A DNA stretch of 64,000 bases from a virus (taxonomy: Duplodnaviria > Caudoviricetes): IMG/VR virus record IMGVR_UViG_3300021960_000017; one strand, given 5' to 3'. Under the pieces are notes generated by a model. It ran no database searches, was not told the DNA's origin, and worked only from the letters and a program-made list of their open reading frames with translations. Position numbers and translations under genes: made by a program. Positions 56,476-64,000 of this stretch are shown here, in pieces. Positions within the stretch are counted from its first letter, which is position 1. The number at the start of each line of letters is the position of its first letter.

Positions 56476-58896
56476 ATGGCAGACACGACATCAAAAGACT
56501 TATTCAATAAACTCCGTGGAAAATTCGGAAACCTAACGCTGGGCAAAGCAGATGGCCAGCAAACACTCATGCCCCAAGAGGCAGTATTTTTTGAATTTGA
56601 TTATACAAATCAGGGACAAAAATTAGGCAGTGTAGTAGTAAGTCTAGTTGATGAAGGTGCCCTAAAAGTCTATTTTAACAACGACATTGTTACCGAACAG
56701 GATGCAGACGCTACACAAGGATTTTATGATTTCCTTACAGGACTAAAACATTTTGCTACTGCTAACATGTTAAACTATGAAGCAAAAAACATTAGTAAAA
56801 CTAGACTTGACAAAAAAGATTACGAATATCTCGCCAATCAGAATAAGACAGAGGAAGAACTTGCTATGGAAAGCAGACTTTACGGCAGCAAGCAAAAGAG
56901 TTACCAGGATTTAAATGGTGCAAAACTTATTGTTCAGCATACTCGCACTGTTGATGAAGAACGTCACGGCGCTCGTAGTAGAAACATTAAAGCAATTTAT
57001 ATTGAAAACGGCCAGGGCGAACGATTCCGTTTTGAAAACAACTACCTACCTGGTGCTAGAGCAATGGCACGTCATATTAGCAATGGCGGTTATCAAAACG
57101 ATCAATATGGCGAACACATTTCAGAAATCATGGCAGAAATGTCACAACTAAAAGATTTTGTTCGTGGTGTTAAACGCAATGACTATGTAAATGAAGACGC
57201 ACAAGACATTATTGAAAAAGCAACTGGCAGATATTATGGTTTAAAAAGCACACTAGAAAGTATTAGCAAACAAAAAGGCTATACAGATTATTTTGAAAAC
57301 TACTCACCAGATGCTGTTGAAGTATCTGATGATGATATTAATGATATCAAATCTAAATTAACAAGATCAGTATTTGATGACAGACTAGAAGGCAGTTTAT
57401 CTGCTGTGGGTAAAGCAATGAAATTACAAGAAAAGAAAAGCGGTGATTATTACGATATGGACGATTTCATTGCTGCTGCTAAAAAGAATGGTGCAGAAAT
57501 CCAGAGAGACGAAGACGACAAAGGTACAATTACACTTACTGCAACTGTAGCTGGCAAAGAGATTGGATCATTTACACAGGACAAGCAGGACCGTGAAGGA
57601 CAGAAAGTTGCTAGTAGATTTAAAAATCCTGGCTATGGAGAACTTAACATGGATGACAGTGACCGTGGCGATGCTCCAGGTCGTGAATTTACAGTACCAA
57701 GTGATCTAAAACTTATTCCAGGCGAGATGCCAAAGTTTACTGCTAGAGATAACAAAGCAGTGCTACAGATGATTCTAGTAGACATTGCGAGTAGAGCAGT
57801 AGATGATGAAGTAAGTATTTTTGCTGCTGATATGGCAGAAAAAATTGGTAGTCAAGGCGGTCCATTTGGACAGGTAGACACACCAGAATTTAAAGGCCAG
57901 AAGAAACAAGCAATTGAATTAGCAAAAATGTATTTGGCTCAGCACAAAAAAGCAGAAGAGAGTATTGATATGAAAGCACAAGAAGTCACAGGCGTAAGCA
58001 GCAGAGATTATTTTGCAGAATATGAAGACAGTATGTCAGAACTTATCGGCGAGAAAAAAGGCAAGGATCATGACGGTGATGGAGACATTGACAGCGATGA
58101 TTACATGGCTGCTCGTGACAAGGCAATCAAAAAGTCAATGGGTAAAAAAGTAGGCGAAGCAACTTCATCAGATGCTTCTGCTATGAGCGATGAAGCTCAT
58201 GAGCTAGTACTATTTGGCGAGAACGATGGTGACTTGTATCGTCAACGCACTACACCAATTGTTAAAAACCTTGCAAGGAAAATGGCAAAGGGTGTATACG
58301 ACAGCGAGTTGGCTAAGAAACTTTGGATGTACTGGGCAACAGATGCTGCCAAGCGTTATGCACAACAGCACAGTGTAGGCACAGATTGGAATCGTATCTT
58401 TAATACATCAGTTCGCCGTGAAGTAGCAGCATACATGGAAGACTACTGGAAAGGTGAACTAGAACTAGGCAACACTATAGATGAAGGCATGGACGAAGGT
58501 TGCGGCAAGCCTCATAGAAAGATGAGAGAAGACGAAACCCAGGTTGATGAAGGCAAAATGAGAGACATTGACCAGCATGTTGAAGAAATGATTCAAGATG
58601 GTGCAAGTGACGAAGAAATTATGGCAATGCACCCAGGCGTAGTTACACAAGAATATCTAGATCAGAAGAGAATGGAATCTGATGAAAAATATTATGACGA
58701 TATGGAACCAATGGAAAGCGTAGAACAAGCACAGGAAGGCACTGACGAACTAGACTGGATTAAACGCATGTCAGGCATAGGGTCAACAGCAAGAAGCAAT
58801 CACGGGCTAAGAGAAGGCGAACCAGGCTATCGAATAACACCAAGAAGTATAGTTGCTAGAGAAATGAGAAAACTACAAGACATCGAAAGCAAATAA
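56476..58896 (+). CDS. Large modular hypothetical head-associated protein (806 aa)
   Basis: Late promoter at 56463; acidic linkers; DHDGDGDIDSDD Ca-binding-like loop. Confidence 0.65.
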   Translation: MADTTSKDLFNKLRGKFGNLTLGKADGQQTLMPQEAVFFEFDYTNQGQKLGSVVVSLVDEGALKVYFNNDIVTEQDADATQGFYDFLTGLKHFATANMLNYEAKNISKTRLDKKDYEYLANQNKTEEELAMESRLYGSKQKSYQDLNGAKLIVQHTRTVDEERHGARSRNIKAIYIENGQGERFRFENNYLPGARAMARHISNGGYQNDQYGEHISEIMAEMSQLKDFVRGVKRNDYVNEDAQDIIEKATGRYYGLKSTLESISKQKGYTDYFENYSPDAVEVSDDDINDIKSKLTRSVFDDRLEGSLSAVGKAMKLQEKKSGDYYDMDDFIAAAKKNGAEIQRDEDDKGTITLTATVAGKEIGSFTQDKQDREGQKVASRFKNPGYGELNMDDSDRGDAPGREFTVPSDLKLIPGEMPKFTARDNKAVLQMILVDIASRAVDDEVSIFAADMAEKIGSQGGPFGQVDTPEFKGQKKQAIELAKMYLAQHKKAEESIDMKAQEVTGVSSRDYFAEYEDSMSELIGEKKGKDHDGDGDIDSDDYMAARDKAIKKSMGKKVGEATSSDASAMSDEAHELVLFGENDGDLYRQRTTPIVKNLARKMAKGVYDSELAKKLWMYWATDAAKRYAQQHSVGTDWNRIFNTSVRREVAAYMEDYWKGELELGNTIDEGMDEGCGKPHRKMREDETQVDEGKMRDIDQHVEEMIQDGASDEEIMAMHPGVVTQEYLDQKRMESDEKYYDDMEPMESVEQAQEGTDELDWIKRMSGIGSTARSNHGLREGEPGYRITPRSIVAREMRKLQDIESK

Positions 58897-58918
58897 TCAA
58901 CACAAAAATAACAAACTA

Positions 58919-58942
58919 GAAGAGGTCCGCAAGGGCCTCTTC
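58919..58942 (+). terminator. Intrinsic terminator
   Basis: GAAGAGGTCC-GCAA-GGGCCTCTTC. Confidence 0.75.
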
Positions 58943-58944
58943 AT

Positions 58945-58972
58945 TTGACAACTAGAACAAATATGTTATAAT
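58945..58972 (+). promoter_or_regulatory. Sigma70-type promoter
   Basis: TTGACA-16 nt-TATAAT; ATG 6 nt downstream. Confidence 0.7.
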
Positions 58973-58978
58973 AGTATT

Positions 58979-60082
58979 ATGTTTTTTAATCTATCTAAAA
59001 AATTAGATAAAAATTTTCCTAACCATTATGTGCTACCAAATAACTTGGTTTTAAGCACTGATGATGGCTGGAATACAAAAACTATTGAGAAGTATACATT
59101 TGTATACAAAGGCTATGTAAATCATTGTCGATTAGAGGATTGTTTAGGAGATTTACAGGAGCAGTCTTTCCCTACTTTTAAAGGTAACTTTTGTGCTTTC
59201 ATTGCAGATAGCAATAGTGTAAGACTTATTCATGATACTAATAGAGGATTTCCCCTATGGGTGTCAAGTGATTACTTAACTAATTTACATGAAAGTGAAG
59301 AACAAATTTGGGCTGACTGTATAGTTGAAGTACAGTCCGATTTGACTGTAAACAAGCAATGGTATAAACCTTTTACATATCCAAACAATACACTGACTAA
59401 TGAGCAAGTTATTGAAACTCTACATAACAAACTGTGCACAACAGTAGAACAGTTTTTAACACACAATACACTACCTTTAAAAGTTTTTTTAACTGGTGGT
59501 ATAGACACTACAACTTTATGGGCATATATAGATCATTTTACTAAAAACTATGAATTACTAGATTACATTTATATTAAATTAACTCCGTTTTATAAATCTA
59601 ACGTTATGAGATTAAAACAGTTTTGGGCATATAATCAAATACATTTATGGGACGCAGATTGTGTATTAGTTACCGGCGGCAACGGCGATGAAAACATGTT
59701 ACGTGGCCCAACTGCATTGGCGATGATATTGAAACATTGGGGACTTACCTTAGACGACATTCTTACTCCAGATGATTATCATTACACTTATTTTAAAAAA
59801 AAGAATATAGACATACCGTCCTCCATCAATGATGACGTATTTCACTCTGTGTTAGATATGAATATTAATGATCATCAACATTGGCATTTAGATAGGACAC
59901 TAACTTTTACTCCTTTTAAAGATATTACTTTATCTGAAACAATATTATCTGCTAGTAAAGACCTAATAATAAAACAAGCAAAAAGTGCACATATCAATAA
60001 AGAGCTAATAAGAAAATTAGACTCAAAAAAATTAGATAAAATTAGTAATCAAAAAAATTACAAAAATTTCAAAATCTTATAA
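58979..60082 (+). CDS. Asparagine-synthetase-like ATP pyrophosphatase
   Basis: FKGNFCAF...HDTNRGFPL (Ntn-like), PP-loop VFLTGGIDT, VTGGNGDE, TFTPF. Confidence 0.6.
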   Translation: MFFNLSKKLDKNFPNHYVLPNNLVLSTDDGWNTKTIEKYTFVYKGYVNHCRLEDCLGDLQEQSFPTFKGNFCAFIADSNSVRLIHDTNRGFPLWVSSDYLTNLHESEEQIWADCIVEVQSDLTVNKQWYKPFTYPNNTLTNEQVIETLHNKLCTTVEQFLTHNTLPLKVFLTGGIDTTTLWAYIDHFTKNYELLDYIYIKLTPFYKSNVMRLKQFWAYNQIHLWDADCVLVTGGNGDENMLRGPTALAMILKHWGLTLDDILTPDDYHYTYFKKKNIDIPSSINDDVFHSVLDMNINDHQHWHLDRTLTFTPFKDITLSETILSASKDLIIKQAKSAHINKELIRKLDSKKLDKISNQKNYKNFKIL

Positions 60083-60217
60083 AATTTTTATATCAAAAAA
60101 ACTTAAATTTAATTGTTGACAAGATAAATACGAATGTCATACACTATAAGAGTTAGTGTAGAGTATGATTTAGGCATTAACAAAGGCTAAAACAATAGGC
60201 AAAGGAGAATAGGCACT

Positions 60218-61195
60218 ATGGCATCTTTAGCAGAAATTCGTGCAAAACTAAAAGCACAAGAAACACGCACAGAGCGTACAAGCGGCGGCGGCGACAACGC
60301 AATTTTCCCACATTGGAATATCCCAGAAGGCTCAACAGCAGTTGTTCGATTCCTTGCGGATGGCGATCCTTCCAATACATTCTTTTGGAAAGAGCGTCTA
60401 ATGATCCGTTTACCATTTAATGGTGTAAAAGGACAGATGGACAGCAAGCAGGTAGTAGTACAGGTACCCTGCGTAGAAATGTGGAACGATGCCTGTCCAG
60501 TACTCAGTGAAGTACGTGGATGGTTCAAGGACTCCAGTTTAGAAGAAATGGGCCGCAAATATTGGAAGAAACGTAGCTATATCTTCCAGGGCTTTGTGAA
60601 CGAAAACCCAATGGTAGAAGACGAAACTCCTGAGAATCCAATTCGCAGGTTTGTAATTAGTCCAAGCATTTTTGGTATTATTAAAGATGCACTTATGGAT
60701 CCAGATATCCAGGAGCTACCAACTGATCTTGATGCAGGACTTGACTTCCGCATCACAAAGACTACCAAGGGTCAGTATGCAGATTATAGCACAAGTAAAT
60801 GGGCTCGCAAAGAAACCGCTGTAACTGCGGCACAAAAGGCTGCTATTGATGAACACGGCTTATACAATTTGTCCGATTTTCTACCCAAACGTCCTAGTGA
60901 GGTAGAACTAAATGCTATCAAGGAGATGTTTGAAGCATCAGTTGATGGCGATGCGTATGATGTTGAGCGTTTTGGGCAATACTATCGCCCATATGGCGTT
61001 GATGCTCCTGCAGGATCCTCTGTGTCTGACACCCCTGCACCAGCAGCAACTCCAGCGCCAGCACCTGCGACTGCACCTGAACCAGTTGTAGAAGCAGCAC
61101 CACAGCCAGCTCCAGTAGCAACAGCACCAGCAGAGTCAGGCGGTAAGAGTGCGGATGACATTCTTGCAATGATTCGCGCAAGACAAAAGTCCTAA
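60218..61195 (+). CDS. gp32: Single-stranded DNA-binding protein
   Basis: VVRFLADG, PCVEMWNDACPVL, KYWKKRSY, TKGQYADYSTSKW; Ala/Pro linker. Confidence 0.92.
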   Translation: MASLAEIRAKLKAQETRTERTSGGGDNAIFPHWNIPEGSTAVVRFLADGDPSNTFFWKERLMIRLPFNGVKGQMDSKQVVVQVPCVEMWNDACPVLSEVRGWFKDSSLEEMGRKYWKKRSYIFQGFVNENPMVEDETPENPIRRFVISPSIFGIIKDALMDPDIQELPTDLDAGLDFRITKTTKGQYADYSTSKWARKETAVTAAQKAAIDEHGLYNLSDFLPKRPSEVELNAIKEMFEASVDGDAYDVERFGQYYRPYGVDAPAGSSVSDTPAPAATPAPAPATAPEPVVEAAPQPAPVATAPAESGGKSADDILAMIRARQKS

Positions 61196-61204
61196 GGCAA
61201 AAGT

Positions 61205-61226
61205 AAGGGCGGCTTTTGCCGCCCTT
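61205..61226 (+). terminator. Terminator with the same stem as 54399
   Basis: AAGGGCGGC-TTTT-GCCGCCCTT. Confidence 0.7.
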
Positions 61227-61245
61227 ATTCTTACGGAGTAAACTT

Positions 61246-62037
61246 ATGAATTTACAGTTGGTATTTGAAAATACTGGCGATTATATAGATTTAATAGATA
61301 CTAATCAAGAACTAGTAAATTATTATGTAGACTCTGTAAATAAAACCAACACTAATAAGTTTACTATTGACAATACTAAATTACTTGACAATATAAAATA
61401 TTTGCAGGAATGTTTAGCTGACGTTGACAGTTTTTTTGTCACAAAGTTAAAGAACACTACCTTTAGTAAATTTCTAAACATAGATTTATATAATCAGAAT
61501 ATTCTCAATAATTTACATATGGTATGGGTAAAATTGCTTATAGAATACAAGCACATACCAACTTTGCTCTCAAAGACTGATAGTAAATTACTTAAAAAAT
61601 TTAATGACATTAATAATACAATACACTACTTAGAGACTATAAATTTCAAGTTTAAAAATTTTGATACATATAGAATGTGGTTTTGCAATAATATTTTTGG
61701 CAACAAGATTATTAATTTTAACAGATACAATGTAAGCATTAAGTTTAATAATTTAGGAAGAAATACCTACAATAAATGGGAAATTTATGACCAAAATGTA
61801 CTAGATAGTGACACTAATGACTTTAGTTTACTAAGTGGAGAACTACTACTAAAGACTACTAGACCATATACCCAAGAAGCTCCTAAAGAATATAATGAAT
61901 GGTGTAAAGCAAATAGTCTTCCTGTGATTGGTGATACTGTTGGTTTAGGAAATTTTAAACAATCTGTAGAGCAAGTACAAAGCATTTTGCATAGGAATAT
62001 TAAACTTGAAAGCAATTCAATCATTATTAAAGTTTAG
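61246..62037 (+). CDS. Hypothetical protein (very AT-rich)
   Basis: ATG 61246 after GGAG. Confidence 0.65.
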   Translation: MNLQLVFENTGDYIDLIDTNQELVNYYVDSVNKTNTNKFTIDNTKLLDNIKYLQECLADVDSFFVTKLKNTTFSKFLNIDLYNQNILNNLHMVWVKLLIEYKHIPTLLSKTDSKLLKKFNDINNTIHYLETINFKFKNFDTYRMWFCNNIFGNKIINFNRYNVSIKFNNLGRNTYNKWEIYDQNVLDSDTNDFSLLSGELLLKTTRPYTQEAPKEYNEWCKANSLPVIGDTVGLGNFKQSVEQVQSILHRNIKLESNSIIIKV

Positions 62038-62638
62038 ACCTTCATCTGATTACATTCGTAATAATACAGGTTTGCCATGGCTTAGACTTAATATAGATGT
62101 TCCTGTTAATGATATTCTATTAGAATATGAACAAAATACAGAATTTTTGGTTTCCCATAGATCACAGGATTCATGGGCTAATATGTCGCATAAAGGTTGG
62201 AAGAGTGCAGTATTATATGGTGTAGATACTCATATCACTACAAACAGTGACCTTCCTCATAATTGGACTTATCTTTCCTATAAATGTCCTAAAACGACAC
62301 AGTGGATAAAAGACAATTTTATAATAAATGAGGAAACTAAAAGAATTAGGTTTATGCTGCTTGAACCAGGCGGCTATATTCTCCCCCACGCAGATAGATC
62401 TGAACAGGGGTTAAAAGAAATAAATGTAGCAATTACCCAACCAGAAGGTTGTTGTTTTAGATTTTTAGATAGAGGAACGATACCTTTTGAAGTTGGTAGT
62501 GCTTTTATAATAGATACTAGCAACAGGCATATGGTATTTAATAACAGTGATCAATATAGATTGCATATAATATTGCATACTACAATAAGTAATAAAATTT
62601 TAGAGGATAGTTATGCGAACAGCTTTTATAGTACATGA
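62006..62638 (+). CDS. Aspartyl/asparaginyl beta-hydroxylase-like 2OG-Fe(II) oxygenase
   Basis: RIRFMLLEPGGYILPHAD...HMVFNNSDQYRLHIIL (HxD...H...R). Confidence 0.8.
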   Translation: MKAIQSLLKFRPSSDYIRNNTGLPWLRLNIDVPVNDILLEYEQNTEFLVSHRSQDSWANMSHKGWKSAVLYGVDTHITTNSDLPHNWTYLSYKCPKTTQWIKDNFIINEETKRIRFMLLEPGGYILPHADRSEQGLKEINVAITQPEGCCFRFLDRGTIPFEVGSAFIIDTSNRHMVFNNSDQYRLHIILHTTISNKILEDSYANSFYST

Positions 62639-63437
62639 TTGTGATAATGAAAGTCTTTTAAGATTTACGCAAACAAAACTCTTGTTTGATGCCAAAAATC
62701 AAGCAATAGACTTTGTAGATCATATTGTTACTGTTCCTGACTATAATAATGCAGAAAAATTAGCAGGCAGTAATGACGTAATTTTAGAAACTGGAGATTT
62801 TCTAACCACTGATTTTCGTTCTCATAATTATACCAAATATGCAAAAGATAGTGAATTTGTTATTAAATTTGACAAACAAATACCGATTGACTTTAAACGT
62901 AGGTATTATCAACCCGGATCTAAACAACTATACATTATTGAAAATCTTTTGAAGGTTTGTATACGAAGTAATAAATTGGTGTATTTAGACAACAACGAAC
63001 CGCCTATAACTCATACCCACAATTGTGCTCATCTTTATGGTTTAGCCAGTGGTTGGAAAACAGCTCTTTATGCATTGCAGGGAGATTTCAAAACAATTAC
63101 AGTATATGATTACTGTGCTAGACAATTAGAGTTTGCTGAATATCTACACAGTCAACCAGAATTACCTAAAACTGTTAACTTAGCACAGCCTACGTCTGGA
63201 TTTTATAATCCACCACTAAATCTATACGAAAATTGGCCAAATTGGCATAAAATGAAAGTAAATTTTCAAAAAATAGATTTATATGATGCACCTGTCTTTC
63301 CGGATAATAGTTTAATATGGATAAGTAATGCATTCAGGTACGAACCAACAATTTTTACTAGAGGATATGAGGCTACAGTTCAAGCAAAAAATAACTTGCA
63401 AGAACTTAACAAGAATAGTATAATAACAACTAATTAA
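62613..63437 (+). CDS. Hypothetical protein (possible methyltransferase-like fold)
   Basis: Intact ORF; GLASGW...ITVYDY..RQLEF loosely resembles a SAM-binding strand. Confidence 0.5.
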   Translation: MRTAFIVHDCDNESLLRFTQTKLLFDAKNQAIDFVDHIVTVPDYNNAEKLAGSNDVILETGDFLTTDFRSHNYTKYAKDSEFVIKFDKQIPIDFKRRYYQPGSKQLYIIENLLKVCIRSNKLVYLDNNEPPITHTHNCAHLYGLASGWKTALYALQGDFKTITVYDYCARQLEFAEYLHSQPELPKTVNLAQPTSGFYNPPLNLYENWPNWHKMKVNFQKIDLYDAPVFPDNSLIWISNAFRYEPTIFTRGYEATVQAKNNLQELNKNSIITTN

Positions 63438-63452
63438 GGCAAGGAAATTACT

Positions 63453-64000
63453 ATGGGAAAACCGTTTGACGTAAGTAAGTTTCGAAAGGATATTACTAAA
63501 AGTATTGATGGACTTAGTATTGGGTTCCATGATCCAACTGATTGGATTAGCACAGGCAACTATGCTCTAAACTACCTTATTAGTGGCGACTTTTACAAAG
63601 GTGTGCCTATGGGCAAGGTTACAGTATTTGCTGGGGAATCTGGTGCAGGCAAGAGTTACTTTGCTAGTGCTAACATTGTTAAGAACGCACAAGAGCAGGG
63701 CATCTTTGTTGTGCTTATTGATAGTGAAAACGCACTGGATGAAAGTTGGTTACACGCACTTGGTGTTGACACCGATGAAAGCAAACTGCTCAAATTGAGC
63801 ATGAGTATGATTGATGATGTTGCTAAAACTATTTCAACATTCATGAAGGATTATAAGAGCATGGCTGACGAGGATCGTCCCAAGGTCCTGTTTGTAATTG
63901 ACAGTTTGGGTATGCTACTCACACCAACAGACGTTGATCAGTTTGACAAGGGTGATATGAAAGGTGACATGGGTCGTAAGCCCAAAGCACTAACTGCTCT
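63453..64000 (+). CDS. uvsX: RecA-like recombinase, 3'-partial (not in ORF track)
   Basis: MGKPFDVSKFRK...ISTGNYALNYLISG...FAGESGAGKS (Walker A)...IDSENALD...VIDSLGML. Confidence 0.95.
   Translation, partial: MGKPFDVSKFRKDITKSIDGLSIGFHDPTDWISTGNYALNYLISGDFYKGVPMGKVTVFAGESGAGKSYFASANIVKNAQEQGIFVVLIDSENALDESWLHALGVDTDESKLLKLSMSMIDDVAKTISTFMKDYKSMADEDRPKVLFVIDSLGMLLTPTDVDQFDKGDMKGDMGRKPKALTA

Noticed and set aside
58979-60082. Lasso peptide biosynthesis cluster
   Set aside because: No transglutaminase-like B2 protease, PqqD-like B1 or precursor with a lasso leader motif is visible in the window
1-64000. CRISPR array, DGR (TR/VR plus RT), invertase-flanked fibre cassette, tRNA genes
   Set aside because: No regularly spaced repeat-spacer units, reverse transcriptase, adenine-specific near-duplicate, recombinase or cloverleaf seen; the repeats found are in-frame coding repeats
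1-64000. Stop-codon reassignment as seen in some jumbo phages
   Set aside because: All core genes are intact at expected length under the standard code, and TAA, TAG and TGA all end genes

Overview
A 64-kb segment of a large T4-like (myovirus, probably jumbo) phage genome with no host genes, tRNAs or CRISPR arrays. Gene order: late sigma gp55 (5'-truncated), gp47/gp46 recombination nuclease split by a methyltransferase, a short GIY-YIG nuclease followed by about 500 nt of structured non-coding DNA, gp26/gp51-like tail chaperones, a tape-measure-like gene, and the head module (portal, protease, scaffold, major capsid). Then about 21 kb of modular Ser/Thr/Gly-rich baseplate/tail-fibre genes with an antisense HtrA protease, inverted gp14/gp15/NUDIX, an early-gene island, gp13, dNMP kinase, sheath, tube, gp4, terminase subunits, acidic head proteins, gp32 and uvsX (3'-truncated). 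AT-rich tailoring enzymes (methyltransferase, sulfotransferase, two MptE/DUF115-like proteins, Asn-synthetase-like protein, 2OG hydroxylase) are inserted between core genes. Top leads: (1) a candidate large structured ncRNA starting right after the stop codon of a stand-alone GIY-YIG nuclease (4772-5130); (2) an in-frame double slippery site predicting a -1 frameshift that fuses the gp26- and gp51-like genes, like lambda G/GT; (3) structured leaders and pervasive leaderless starts; (4) gp21-cleavable polyprotein-like head proteins. All family calls come from motif recognition by eye; no searches were run.
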